Shown: positions 1 to 10,187, numbered from the stretch's first letter. The stretch is 64,000 nucleotides of DNA from Abditibacteriaceae bacterium (GCA_965277285.1 OZ255721.1:320001-384000); one strand, 5' to 3'. Notes: generated by a model not told the origin, from the letters alone. Numbers and translations: made by a program.

Positions 1-288
1 GCGGATTTTTCCGATGATCGCTTGTTGCAGTTCATTTGTCACACCGATTTAGCGCGTTCGTGCGTGGCCTTGAAAAAGTGGGATGAGGCACGCGAACACT
101 GGCAACAATGCTTGGCTTTGGAACCCGATCCGTGTTCTTTGCCCAACGTGTTTTACGGTTTGGGCGAATGCGAAGAAGCCCTCGGCCATCTGAAAAAAGC
201 GCGTTCGTGGTGGCAGCGCGCCGTCGATGTGCCAATCGAAGACACTTTCGATGCAGGTCAAGCGCGCACCAAACTCGCGGCCATTTGA
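1..288 (+). CDS. Tetratricopeptide-repeat protein, C-terminal part (5' end outside window)
   Basis: Frame is open from base 1; TPR-like helices LARSCVALKKWDEAREHWQQCLALEP and YGLGECEEALGHLKKARSWWQRAV. Confidence 0.7.
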   Translation, partial: ADFSDDRLLQFICHTDLARSCVALKKWDEAREHWQQCLALEPDPCSLPNVFYGLGECEEALGHLKKARSWWQRAVDVPIEDTFDAGQARTKLAAI

Positions 289-364
289 AACGCAAATGGA
301 GCAATGCTCTGCAACAAAATCCTTATTCGTCAAAGTGAACCGTCAACACTTTCGCGGCGACATT

Positions 365-1384
365 TTACATCGAGTACTCGATAAATTTATCGTTGGTGCG
401 TTCGCTCAATAACTTCAATAACGCTGGTTCAATTTGGCGCCGGATGTTTGCGTTTGCATAACCGATCCACGAAATTGGCGAATGAACATCAAGTGGCGCG
501 CGCAAAGGTTCTCCGTGTTCATCGGTGACTATAACGCCACATTCGCGCGCGATCAGTTCGGTGCAAATGTCATACGGATGGCAGCACATTCGCGTGCTCG
601 CTCCGCCATGCAAAACGCTGTGCGCCAAAGGTCGCAAATCGGCGTTGAAGCGGTCGCGCCCCGTTGTCAATTCAACTAATTGGCCGCCCGTCGAAATATA
701 TTGGTCGTCGAAAGTTTGCGGCTGGCCGTCGCGCGGCGCGCCCAAAACTTGAATCAATAATTCTTCTTCCAGGTTCGCCAGCCAGCCTTTGCTGCCCGGG
801 AAAAACTTGGCAAAACTGGCGAAACCGCCTTCGATGGTGTGGGATGTCGAAGGTTGCGGCGCGAAAACTCGCGTTTCTTTGGTTGCAAAATTGAAGGTTT
901 CGCCGTGCGCGCCTTGTGCGCGAATCGCCCAAAGTTGATCGGACAGTAGGGCGCGCGACGTTGTCAATTCGGTTTGAACCGCGATTTCGATGTGCGACAA
1001 ATCCGTATCATCGCCCAAGTTCGGCGCGATTCCGGTCAGCACCCACGCCGATCTTTTGTCGTACATCAAAGGTCGCGTGCCGTCAATCGGGTCGCAAATT
1101 AGGATAAATTGCGCTTGCGAAATGTCGTTGCAGCCAAACAATTGGCGTCCATTTGACAAACCTTCGGCCACCAGGAGAAACGGCGTTTCGCGCGACCAGC
1201 GTTCGCAAAACGGCAGCAGAATTTCGTCGGCGTGCAGATCAATCGCGTAAATCGTGTCGCCGCCTTGAAAGTGCGCCTCACGCGACATCTCCGCGATTCG
1301 AGTACTCGATTGGTGCGCATATAAGCTGTCGCGCATGGCAACGTGCAGTTCGCGCAATTTCGTCAAAAGGTGTTCTGTTTTCAT
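365..1384 (-). CDS. Inositol monophosphatase/FBPase superfamily protein
   Basis: Metal-binding motif CDPIDGT, LVAEG, HPYD-like motif. Confidence 0.8.
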   Translation of the reverse strand: MKTEHLLTKLRELHVAMRDSLYAHQSSTRIAEMSREAHFQGGDTIYAIDLHADEILLPFCERWSRETPFLLVAEGLSNGRQLFGCNDISQAQFILICDPIDGTRPLMYDKRSAWVLTGIAPNLGDDTDLSHIEIAVQTELTTSRALLSDQLWAIRAQGAHGETFNFATKETRVFAPQPSTSHTIEGGFASFAKFFPGSKGWLANLEEELLIQVLGAPRDGQPQTFDDQYISTGGQLVELTTGRDRFNADLRPLAHSVLHGGASTRMCCHPYDICTELIARECGVIVTDEHGEPLRAPLDVHSPISWIGYANANIRRQIEPALLKLLSERTNDKFIEYSM

Positions 1385-1429
1385 AGTGATATGTTGTGGC
1401 AGTGATTGAGATTAAATGACATCCAAGTC

Positions 1430-1496
1430 GTAGGGGCTTGGCGTGCCAAGCCCGAATTGTTAACGGTGGTGCGGACTTGGCACGCCAAGCCCCTAC
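1430..1496. repeat. GTAG-type REP doublet (REPIN-like), family A
   Basis: GTAGGGGCTTGGCGTGCCAAGCCC ... CTTGGCACGCCAAGCCCCTAC inverted pair; homologous copy at 7048-7138. Confidence 0.85.
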
Positions 1497-1513
1497 AATA
1501 AATGCCCGCCTAT

Positions 1514-2965
1514 TCAATTCAAAATGTTCGGCAATTCATCAACCGATAGGTGGCGCACGCCCCATTTTTGCGCGCCCTCAGACGAACCGCAGAAAAGGCG
1601 CGGCGCGTTTCCTGTTTGTGTTTCATACTTTTGGGCGATCTCATGAATTACGGTTTCGACATTGGGATTCTGCGTTTTGTCGCACAAAATGGCGACGGTT
1701 CCGCCTGCGCCGCCGCCCGTAATTTTCGCGCCTAAAATGCCGTTTTTCATTCCGGCTTCGCGGCACAGTTGCACGATAAAATCGGTTTCTGGCGAACCCA
1801 AATTGCAGCGATGTTCATAGGAAAAATGCGATTGAATCATCAAATCGCCCACCGCGCACAGCAAGGGAAACCGTGCTTTCGGATTGTTTTTGGCGGCTTC
1901 CATCAACGCGATGAAACGTTCGACTCGCGCCTTTTCATAAATCGGATGTTCGGTCGCCAGGCGAATCGAGTACTCGAAATCGGCTTCGATTTGCGTCACT
2001 GCATCGCCGTGATTGTCGTAGAGTTGGAGAAAATCACGTCCGTGCATTTTGGCGGGAAGCCCTTCGCGCACGCTGCGCCAGATGTCGGGCGCAATGTTCG
2101 CCAGATACTTTTCGCCGTTCGCGCCGCGCATTTCACGCGGCAAAAGATCGAGCAAAATGCGGCGTCCCATAAAGGCAGCGCAACGTGCGCGACGGTACGC
2201 CGTGCCGCCAACCGAATGCTTGACACGCGAATCTACTCCCCAAATCTGCACGCCTGTGGGCAGCGAAATTGGCGGTAACATTTCGTGTGGCTGACACAAG
2301 AGTTGAAGCAGTTGATTTTGTTGCCCCAGCGTCACCGTCAATTGATCCATGATGCCGCAGGGCGCGCCCGCGATCTGGTTCTCCACTCGCTGGCACAAAC
2401 GCGCGATTTCAATTCCGTCCAGGTGAATATCGAGCGCCGCGCAAAACGCCTGCATCGCTGCGACTTCCACGCTGGCTGAGGAAGAAACGCCCGCACCGCT
2501 GGGAGCATCGGACGAAATCCACAACGCGGCGCCGCGCAAAAGTTGCAATCGCGGCGGCGTTAAATAACCGCTTTCTCGCAAAATCGGCAACGCGCCCGCG
2601 ATGTAAGACGCCCATCGAGTACTCGATTCGCGTGCGAAAAAGCGGCGCGCTTCATCCACGGAAAAGGAAAGCAGTTGCGACAGCGAAATCTCGAAGCGCG
2701 GCGTCCAACCTTCCGCGATTGCGTTCGCGCTTTCGACGAGCAAATTTCCGCCATCGTTGAGTTGCAGTCCGCAAAACGTCGCTTCTTGCATTGGCCATTC
2801 GAGGCAAAGGCCGCCCGAATAATCGGACACGCCGCCCATCAAGTCCAATCGTCCGGGCGCGCGAGCGAGAAAAAGTTCGCGTGCGTTGTCGAAAAAATGA
2901 GCGGGAAAGTTGGGCGTCACAGTGCGCAATTTTAGCAAAGTGCTTGTGGCATTGCGGATGAACAA
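1514..2965 (-). CDS. GHMP-family sugar kinase (galactokinase / L-arabinokinase-like); start uncertain
   Basis: RAPGRLDLMGGVSDYSG, PSGAGVSSSAS, GAPCGIMDQ, GAKITGGGAGG motifs. Confidence 0.85.
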   Translation of the reverse strand: MFIRNATSTLLKLRTVTPNFPAHFFDNARELFLARAPGRLDLMGGVSDYSGGLCLEWPMQEATFCGLQLNDGGNLLVESANAIAEGWTPRFEISLSQLLSFSVDEARRFFARESSTRWASYIAGALPILRESGYLTPPRLQLLRGAALWISSDAPSGAGVSSSASVEVAAMQAFCAALDIHLDGIEIARLCQRVENQIAGAPCGIMDQLTVTLGQQNQLLQLLCQPHEMLPPISLPTGVQIWGVDSRVKHSVGGTAYRRARCAAFMGRRILLDLLPREMRGANGEKYLANIAPDIWRSVREGLPAKMHGRDFLQLYDNHGDAVTQIEADFEYSIRLATEHPIYEKARVERFIALMEAAKNNPKARFPLLCAVGDLMIQSHFSYEHRCNLGSPETDFIVQLCREAGMKNGILGAKITGGGAGGTVAILCDKTQNPNVETVIHEIAQKYETQTGNAPRLFCGSSEGAQKWGVRHLSVDELPNILN

Positions 2966-2989
2966 TTATAAAAGTCGCTGATCACAGCT

Positions 2990-3409
2990 TTAGAAAGTCT
3001 CTTGCTCGCGTTTTCGTATCTCTGCGAGTTCTGACGGCGTGAGGAATTTCTCCTGACACTTTTCGATGAGTCCTGGCGTGCGTTGGATTTCTTGTAATTG
3101 CAGGAGCCATAAACCAAGTCGTGGATTTCTATACCGCCATTGATGTACGCGGCTACAACCCCAGGTGTGGTTATAGCGAGCCGTGTACTCTTCGGGCGAT
3201 AAAGATTCAAAAGGAAATCGTTTGAGAGCGTCTCTTTCTTGTTGTTCATCGGCCAACTTTCTCTCTTGCACAAAGGCTTCATAAGACTTTTCTTGTTCCT
3301 TCGTGAAATGCGGCAAGGGTTTTTGGAATTCGCGCGGGACATTGTTTTTCTGTGCCCACTTTTGAACTGAAAGCATTGAAAAGAGTGTCCTAATAAGTTG
3401 ACTTCGCAT
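2990..3409 (-). CDS. Hypothetical protein (AT-richer orphan)
   Basis: 139-aa ORF filling the intergenic gap; TATAAT 6 nt upstream of ATG. Confidence 0.55.
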   Translation of the reverse strand: MRSQLIRTLFSMLSVQKWAQKNNVPREFQKPLPHFTKEQEKSYEAFVQERKLADEQQERDALKRFPFESLSPEEYTARYNHTWGCSRVHQWRYRNPRLGLWLLQLQEIQRTPGLIEKCQEKFLTPSELAEIRKREQETF

Positions 3410-3530
3410 ATTCGGATTATAATCGCTCTTCGTCCTTAGAACGCCAAGACTGCGTTGTTTGGTAACAACATCTTCAACACCTTCTTGCTAAACTGCTCGC
3501 GTTGTAAATCTCATTAGAAAGTTTTAATTT

Positions 3531-5468
3531 ATGCCCGTTTATCTTTCGACTTCGGTTCTGGGAAACGCCCAGACGCTTTTGACTCTTGGCAACTCCGGCG
3601 AAATTATGGCGTGGTTTTATCCGCACAAAGACCATGCGCAACAAATTCACGAATGCTTGTCCGCCATCTACATCGGCGAACCGCATCGCGGCAACCTGCA
3701 CTGGACTTATGGCGATGAATGGTCGCGCCATCAATTTTACGACGGCGACAGCAACGTTCTCATCACCGAACTGACGGCGCATTTTTGCGGGATGCACATC
3801 CGTTTCACCGACCTTGTGCCGCCAGATGAAACCGTTCTGCTGCGTAAAATCGAAGTGAAAAACATCGGCACGGTGCGCCTTGTCGCGGGCGTGTTCCATT
3901 ACGGCGATTGGAATATGGGCGGCATTCGCATGGGCAACGGCGTGCGCTTCGACCGTCCGGCGCACGCGATTGTGCAAAGTCACCGCGAAGCCGCGCTCGT
4001 TGTTGCTGGCGATGCTGTGGGAAGCTGGCAATGCGGCAAAGCCGGAACCGAGTGGGGCAGCAACGCGCGCGCCGATTTGAACGATGGCGCGCTGGATCAT
4101 CAAGACTTGGAAATCGGCGATGTCAACTGGAGTTGCGGCTTCAATATCGATTTGCACTCCGGCGATTCCGTCACCAAAACCCTCGTTCTCGCCCTCGCGC
4201 CGCATGAACAAAACGCGCTTTCGACCGCGCATCGAGTACTCGATAAAGGTTTTGCGCATTATGAAACATTGCGCCGCGAAGAAGATAGCGCGTGGTTGGT
4301 CAACGGTTTGAAATCGTTGAAAGCGACCAAAGGCGATACACAACTTCCCGAAGATTTGAGCGCCGCTTATCGTCGCAGTTTGTTGTGCTTGCCGCTCTTG
4401 TGCGGGCGCGAAGGCGTGGCGGTCGCGGCGCCAGAGTTCGATCCCGAATTCATTTCATGCGGCGGTTACGGCTACCATTGGCCGCGCGACGGAGGCGAAT
4501 ACGTTTCCGGCTTAATGGACGCTGGTTACGAAAAGTTTACGGCGCCCTTTTTCGATTGGTGCGCGCGCCATCAAGACCCAAGCGGCCTGTGGCATCAGCG
4601 TTATTTCTTGAACGGCGCGCCTGGCCCGAATTGGTGCCTGCCGCCCGATATGTTGCAAATCGATCAGGTCGGCGCGGTTTTGTGGGCTTTGGGCAAAGTG
4701 CAAAACAAGAAGTTTCGCCCGACCAAAGAACACCGCGAAATGACACGATTAGCCGCCGATTACCTGCTTTCGCGCCTGACAGAACGCGGCGTTCATGGCA
4801 ACGCTTTCGATACGTGGGAAACCTTTATCGGCTCGTTCACCTATTCCAACGCCGCGATCTATGCAGCTTTCGTGACGGCATATCGAGTACTCGATGACGA
4901 GAAATATGCGCAAGCCGCGCAAACTGTGAAAGCTGGTGTGCTCAAAGAATTCGTGCGCGAAGATAGCAGTTATCCGTATCTGGTGCGTGGTTTCGACGCG
5001 CAGGGACAAAGCGACGCCACGGTCGATTCGGCTTCGCTGGGCGCCATTGATCCATTTGAATTGCTCGATTTGAACGACGAGCGCGAACTGCAAATCGCTG
5101 AAGGCACCTTGCGCGCCATCACCGAACGTTTGGATGTCGAGTGGATGGGCGGACGCGCCATTCGCCGTTTTGAAGGCGACGCGTATGTTGGCGGCGTTCC
5201 GGCCTGCGTCAACACGTTGTGGATGGCGCGTTGTGCGATCAAAGTCGCCAATCGCTTGGACGAAATCGGTAGGAGCGACGACGCCACAGCCTTGACCGAA
5301 CGCGCACAGGTTTATTTGCAAACCGTTCTGCGGCGTGCTACGGCCACGGGACTTTTGCCCGAACTGATGCAAGGCCCGACAGGTCAACCGTATTGGGCGG
5401 CGCCGCACGGCTGGGCGATGTCATCATTTGTTTCGGCGACGCTGGCTTTGGCGAAACGCTTGGCGTAG
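3531..5468 (+). CDS. Glycoside hydrolase family 15 (glucoamylase-like)
   Basis: GYGYHWPRDG, QIDQVG, DTWET, GLLPEL, PHGWA motifs typical of GH15. Confidence 0.85.
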   Translation: MPVYLSTSVLGNAQTLLTLGNSGEIMAWFYPHKDHAQQIHECLSAIYIGEPHRGNLHWTYGDEWSRHQFYDGDSNVLITELTAHFCGMHIRFTDLVPPDETVLLRKIEVKNIGTVRLVAGVFHYGDWNMGGIRMGNGVRFDRPAHAIVQSHREAALVVAGDAVGSWQCGKAGTEWGSNARADLNDGALDHQDLEIGDVNWSCGFNIDLHSGDSVTKTLVLALAPHEQNALSTAHRVLDKGFAHYETLRREEDSAWLVNGLKSLKATKGDTQLPEDLSAAYRRSLLCLPLLCGREGVAVAAPEFDPEFISCGGYGYHWPRDGGEYVSGLMDAGYEKFTAPFFDWCARHQDPSGLWHQRYFLNGAPGPNWCLPPDMLQIDQVGAVLWALGKVQNKKFRPTKEHREMTRLAADYLLSRLTERGVHGNAFDTWETFIGSFTYSNAAIYAAFVTAYRVLDDEKYAQAAQTVKAGVLKEFVREDSSYPYLVRGFDAQGQSDATVDSASLGAIDPFELLDLNDERELQIAEGTLRAITERLDVEWMGGRAIRRFEGDAYVGGVPACVNTLWMARCAIKVANRLDEIGRSDDATALTERAQVYLQTVLRRATATGLLPELMQGPTGQPYWAAPHGWAMSSFVSATLALAKRLA

Positions 5469-5596
5469 GGGCACGCCTTAAAGCGTCTTTGTAAAGCCCC
5501 GCGCGGTAGTAATCGTTGTATCAAAATAGCGCGCTTCAATCTTTGCTTTATGGCAGCCTATTGAGCCGATATGTTGTTCATATCCGTTGTTACAGA

Positions 5597-5647
5597 CAAC
5601 AAAACGACAGCGAGTACTTCAATCGAGTGCTCGCTGTCGTTTTGTTG
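5597..5647. terminator. Bidirectional terminator-like hairpin between convergent genes
   Basis: CAACAAAACGACAGCGAGTAC / GTGCTCGCTGTCGTTTTGTTG stem. Confidence 0.6.
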
Positions 5648-5668
5648 GATAGTGCGCCTTCAAAGGCA

Positions 5669-6283
5669 TCACGCTTTAGTGCAGCGACAATAACGGCGGT
5701 GCGCGCGGCGGTGAGTACGAGTGACTTTGCGGACACTAACTCTACGAATGCTGACTTTGCGAACACACGGTTTACGGATAGCGACTTTGCTCACACTAAC
5801 CTTTCGGACAGCGACTTTGCTGCTGTAGTTACTGTAAGTATAGATTTTGCTGTTGTTGGGCACGTAGTTGTTGGGCACGTAGTTGTTGGGAATGTAGTTG
5901 TTGTCGTTTCGGCAGCCATCACTGCGGTCGTTGTCGACGCGACTGTCATAGTTACGACTGTCATAGTTACGACTGTCATAGTTACGATTGTCGTAGTTAC
6001 GATTGTCGTAGTTACGATTGTCGTAGTTACGATTGTCGTAACTACGGCCACGGTCACCATCACCATCACCATAGCTGCGGTAACTACGGCGGTCGCCGTC
6101 GGGACGGCGTTCATAACTCGCGTCGTTGTCGTCCCGACCTTGCCATCGCTGTCTGTTATCTTGTCCTCTGTCGTCGCGTTCATCTGCTAATGCAGGCCGG
6201 ATACCGCTTGCAACAGCGCTCAAACCTAACAATCCGAACAGTCCGGCACTCAGCAGAGCACCGCGGCTTTTGATGTTTCTCAT
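5669..6283 (-). CDS. Secreted low-complexity protein with NYDNR/NYDSR pentapeptide repeats and a basic C-terminus
   Basis: AAGGAG RBS before ATG at 6283; signal-peptide-like N-terminus ending ALA. Confidence 0.7.
   Translation of the reverse strand: MRNIKSRGALLSAGLFGLLGLSAVASGIRPALADERDDRGQDNRQRWQGRDDNDASYERRPDGDRRSYRSYGDGDGDRGRSYDNRNYDNRNYDNRNYDNRNYDSRNYDSRNYDSRVDNDRSDGCRNDNNYIPNNYVPNNYVPNNSKIYTYSNYSSKVAVRKVSVSKVAIRKPCVRKVSIRRVSVRKVTRTHRRAHRRYCRCTKA
5941..6045. repeat. 15-bp tandem repeat x7 (coding)
   Basis: GACTGTCATAGTTAC x3 then GATTGTCGTAGTTAC x3 plus one variant. Confidence 0.95.
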
Positions 6284-6610
6284 GACCTTCTCCTTGAACC
6301 TTGCACATCGAACCATAAGCGTCCAGTTCAATCATGCGACTTACTCCATGCAAGACGAAACGAGAAATAAATTGTTTGCCAGAACTATGTGAAGATGTGT
6401 CAATTATCTTAGTGAGCTACATCTTGGTGAGCTATATCAAGCGTAACAGTGGCCAACACGAAAATTGTCTTTCGACGCCACCGCTCAATGTAATGCCTCA
6501 AAGCGCGGGTTGTCATTGAAAAACTTTATAGAAAGTGAGCAAAAAGCCTACGAACTCGCAGTACGTCATTCTGACAGTGCCCGCCATTACGCAAGACTCA
6601 CTGGAACCTC

Positions 6611-6647
6611 TTGACATAACACACGTTTAATCGTAGATTAACGATAA
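6611..6647 (+). promoter_or_regulatory. Sigma70-type promoter overlapped by an ArsR-like operator
   Basis: TTGACA (6611)-17 bp-TAGATT (6634); imperfect palindrome ATCGTAGATTAACGAT over the -10. Confidence 0.7.
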
Positions 6648-6648
6648 A

Positions 6649-6972
6649 GTGATGAAAACAACAAATTGCGACGACGAGGTTTTGGAAAGCGGCGTGCCGT
6701 CGCATGAGGACGATGCCGAAGTCGCGCGTTTGGCGGCGGCCTTGGGGCATCCAGCGCGGGTGGCGATTTTGCGTTTGCTGAAGCAGCGTCAGGTGTGCAT
6801 TTGCGGCGAGATCGTCGAGCAATTGCCGCTGGCGCAAAGTACGGTTTCGCAGCACCTCAAAGTCTTAAAAGACGCCGGATGGATTCAGGCTGAGGGAGAC
6901 GGCACACGCGTCTGCTACGAAATCAAATCCGATGTCGCCGAACGCTTCGCCACTTTGATTCGTGATCTTTAA
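6649..6972 (+). CDS. arsR: ArsR/SmtB-family metalloregulator
   Basis: ALGHPARVAIL, CICGEI metal site, LAQSTVSQHLKVLKDAG HTH. Confidence 0.85.
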   Translation: MMKTTNCDDEVLESGVPSHEDDAEVARLAAALGHPARVAILRLLKQRQVCICGEIVEQLPLAQSTVSQHLKVLKDAGWIQAEGDGTRVCYEIKSDVAERFATLIRDL

Positions 6973-7047
6973 CTTATTTCAGTGCTCGATTTATCGTTTA
7001 TCGTCGATGTTCGATAAAACTGTTTAGTGGCAAGCGTGATGGCTGAA

Positions 7048-7138
7048 GTTGTCGTATTTGTAAGGGCTTGGCGCGCCAAGCCCGCACGCCTCTCATCAAC
7101 GCGGGCTTGGCACGCCAAGCCCCTACAAATATGACAAC
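7048..7138. repeat. GTAG-type REP doublet, family A
   Basis: GTTGTCGTATTTGTAAGGGCTTGGCGCGCCAAGCCCGC ... GCGGGCTTGGCACGCCAAGCCCCTACAAATATGACAAC. Confidence 0.85.
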
Positions 7139-7178
7139 GGTTCTGAAACTCTAAGACGACGGAATTGTTTTCAACGAA

Positions 7179-8645
7179 TCAATTTGGTGCGAGCGTGCCG
7201 CCGGAAAGCAGGCACCAAGTCGCGGCGTCGGGTTGTGACGTGGCAGGCCAGCCATTGGCATTTTGAAAATAATATAACGCGAATTTTGTGGCGTTATCGA
7301 AGTGTCCTGAAATTGATAGAGGAATGGCGTCCCAGCCATAAGCGGGCAGGGCGGCATTCAGCAAAATTTGCAAAGTGCGCGCGGTTTCGCGTTGTGTCGC
7401 GGGTTGCAGCGAGGCGACCAGATGTTCCCAGGCCGCGTTATCGGCGCAGCCCGAAACGCTCAAATGTTGCGCGCGTTGAAAAGTGCGTATGGCGCGTTCG
7501 GTTTGCAGGTCGAAAGTGTTGGAAACGCTGATGTTAGCGCCGCGAATACGCAACAGGCGCCGCAGAACAACGACGGGCGTGCCGTTGGAATTGCGTCCAA
7601 GTTGTGGCCAGCGTCGCGCGCGTCGCGGGACACGAACGGGAAACGCGGACGTGTCCCGCGCGCGGTTTTGTAATTGTTGTAGTTGCAGGCTTTGCTGTTG
7701 ATACGACGCTTTCAGTTTCGAGTACTCGATTTGCGTGGCGCGCCAGTTTTCGAGGGCCGTTTTGGCGTTTTGCGCCGATTGTGCAGCGCGTTGCTGGGCG
7801 TCGTCGCGTTCAGTTTGCAGGCGCGTGCGGTCTTGTACGATTTGGTCACGTTCGGCGGTCAGCGCATCAATGGCGCTTTGCAAATCGCCTTGCTGTTGCG
7901 CGGTTGCGGCGTCCTGTGCGCGACGTTGTTCGTTGGCTTGGGCTTGATCGTCCTGGGCGCGCTGTTGCATCGCCAGAGCGTTTTGCTGTGCCAGATCGCG
8001 TTCATTTTGCAATTGATACTGATCGTTTTGCGCGGCATTGAAGGCGTTCTGCAAGGCGAATTCGCGCTGTTGCTCATCCCATTGTTGTTGCGCCAGCGCA
8101 GCTTCAGCCTGGCGGCGCTCTTCGCGCTCGCGCTCCAAACGTTCGCGCAAACGACGGCGTTCGCGGGCTTCGCGTTGCTCATCGTCGTTTGGTGTGGGGC
8201 GCGGCGTCGGACGCGGTGTGGGTTGTGGTGTCGGATAAGGTGTCGGTTCGGGCGTTGGTTCCGGTGTTGGTTCCGGTGTTGGCTTGGGACGGCGCGGCTG
8301 CGGAAAAAAGAACGGCGCCTCGCCAGGAGACGGATTTTGCCGCGACGAATCGGCAGGCGGCGTGTTGGGAGTCGGCTCGGGCGTTGGTTCCGGCGTAGGA
8401 TTGGGCGTCGGACGCGGTTGGTTTTCTGGTTTGTCTTCGCGCGGTTTGCGACGACCTTTAGAATGTTCTTCGTCCGAATCGCCGTTGCCCGAATCTGCTG
8501 AAGGCGCAGCAGGACGAGGGAAATTACCGAAACCGTTTCCAGCCTGCGCACGAAGCGTCGGAAAAATGCACAGGGACAACAATACAGCGACAACAGCAAC
8601 AGACGTGCGGCGCGGCGAAGGCGAAAAGAATGGTTTCATTGACAT
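7179..8645 (-). CDS. Secreted Pro-rich / coiled-coil protein with C-terminal peptidoglycan-binding domains
   Basis: Signal peptide, PTPE repeats, Q/A-rich coil, two FDxxTxxA(I/L)xxFQ PG_binding_1-like motifs. Confidence 0.75.
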   Translation of the reverse strand: MSMKPFFSPSPRRTSVAVVAVLLSLCIFPTLRAQAGNGFGNFPRPAAPSADSGNGDSDEEHSKGRRKPREDKPENQPRPTPNPTPEPTPEPTPNTPPADSSRQNPSPGEAPFFFPQPRRPKPTPEPTPEPTPEPTPYPTPQPTPRPTPRPTPNDDEQREARERRRLRERLEREREERRQAEAALAQQQWDEQQREFALQNAFNAAQNDQYQLQNERDLAQQNALAMQQRAQDDQAQANEQRRAQDAATAQQQGDLQSAIDALTAERDQIVQDRTRLQTERDDAQQRAAQSAQNAKTALENWRATQIEYSKLKASYQQQSLQLQQLQNRARDTSAFPVRVPRRARRWPQLGRNSNGTPVVVLRRLLRIRGANISVSNTFDLQTERAIRTFQRAQHLSVSGCADNAAWEHLVASLQPATQRETARTLQILLNAALPAYGWDAIPLSISGHFDNATKFALYYFQNANGWPATSQPDAATWCLLSGGTLAPN

Positions 8646-8790
8646 TTCTCCACAAAATTGCGCTCCAGACGCGCGGCTCGAACGGGAGTTCGATCAGAAG
8701 GGTACGAAGCGAAAGTTTAATTGAGTCACAGTCCGTTGCGTTGAAGGCGAAGGCGGGCTGCGTTAAGCTGAAAACGGTAAAGGTGAAACT

Positions 8791-10125
8791 ATGGAAAACA
8801 ACGGCAATATTCAACCACAAAACGGCGTTTCGAGTACTGGAAACGAAGTTCGCAACGTTATCATTATTGGCAGCGGGCCAGCAGGTTATACCGCCGCGCT
8901 TTATACGGCGCGCGCGAACCTCAATCCTCTGCTGATTGCGGGCAATCTCGACCCGAAAACCTCGCGTATCAAAGGCGGACAGTTGATGTATACCAGCGAC
9001 ATCGAGAACTTCCCGGGCGCGATCACGGTTCCCGAAACGGATATGGACACGCTGGACAATCTTTACGGCGAGGCGCAGGACGCCGCGATTGCAAATTTGC
9101 ACGGCGTTTCCGGCCCCAATTTGATGAAAAGGATGGAGCTTCAAGCGCGCCATTTCGGTGCGGAAATGATCGAAGAATTTGTCGAGCAAGTCGATTTTTG
9201 CTCCAATCCGTCCAGCCTTTACACGGTGAAGTTGGCCGATGGCCGCGAGTTCAAAAGCCGCTCGATTATCATTGCGACAGGCGCCGCGGCGCGCACATTG
9301 GGTATTCCCGCTGAGGAAAAGTTTTTCGGTCAGGGCGGCGGAGTTTCGACTTGCGCGACGTGCGACGGACATTCGTATCGCGGCAAAACGGTGGCTGTTG
9401 TCGGCGGCGGTGATAGCGCGATGGAAGAAGCGTCCTATCTGGCGCGCTTAGTGGAAAAGGTGTATCTGATTCATCGCCGCGATGAGTTTCGCGCTTCCAG
9501 AATCATGTTGCGACGCGCGCAGGAAAATCCGAAAATCGAGTTTTTGCTACATTCGCAAATCGTTGACATCACCGGCAAGCCGCATCCGCAGGCTGACAAA
9601 ATCAAGTTTTTCGCGGGCAAGGAAGTCGTTGGCGGCGCGATTTTGGAAGATACGCGCGATTCGAGTACTCGAACCATTGAACTGGACGGCATTTTCGTGG
9701 CGATTGGCCATACGCCGAATACCGATTTGTTCAAGAACCAGTTGAGAATGGACGAAGCCGGTTATCTGGAGCACGACAAGCATTTGCGCGCGATTCCGTC
9801 GATGCAATGCGCCAATCCCGAAATGCGCCGCTTGGAACACATTCCTGGCGTGTTCGTGGCGGGCGATGTGAGCGATCACGTTTATCGCCAGGCGATTACG
9901 GCAGCCGGAATGGGCTGTCAGGCCGCCATTGAAGCCGAGCGTTTTTTAGCTGAAGCGATGGTTTCGGAAAAAGGTTTGCCCGCCGAAGCGGTTGATATTT
10001 CCAACGAAAGCATCGCGCAAAGCCATTGGAGCAGCCAGCGCGAAAACGGCGAAGGCACGATTATGGAACGCGTCGAAGAAGTCGTCGAACGCTGTGAAAT
10101 CGCCAAGCACGAAGCGGCGAAATAA
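8791..10125 (+). CDS. trxB: Thioredoxin-disulfide reductase
   Basis: IIGSGPAGYTAALY, CATCDG redox motif, VGGGDSAMEEA, YRQAITAAGMGC. Confidence 0.95.
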   Translation: MENNGNIQPQNGVSSTGNEVRNVIIIGSGPAGYTAALYTARANLNPLLIAGNLDPKTSRIKGGQLMYTSDIENFPGAITVPETDMDTLDNLYGEAQDAAIANLHGVSGPNLMKRMELQARHFGAEMIEEFVEQVDFCSNPSSLYTVKLADGREFKSRSIIIATGAAARTLGIPAEEKFFGQGGGVSTCATCDGHSYRGKTVAVVGGGDSAMEEASYLARLVEKVYLIHRRDEFRASRIMLRRAQENPKIEFLLHSQIVDITGKPHPQADKIKFFAGKEVVGGAILEDTRDSSTRTIELDGIFVAIGHTPNTDLFKNQLRMDEAGYLEHDKHLRAIPSMQCANPEMRRLEHIPGVFVAGDVSDHVYRQAITAAGMGCQAAIEAERFLAEAMVSEKGLPAEAVDISNESIAQSHWSSQRENGEGTIMERVEEVVERCEIAKHEAAK

Positions 10126-10187
10126 TTTACCGCGAAGGACGCCAAGGGCGCAAAGAAAAAGAGGGTCGAGTACTCGAAAGTTGTCAT

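Noticed and set aside
5516..6190. 224-aa Val/Thr-rich + strand ORF
   Set aside because: Stop-free antisense of the tandem repeats; the minus-strand gene has an RBS and signal peptide
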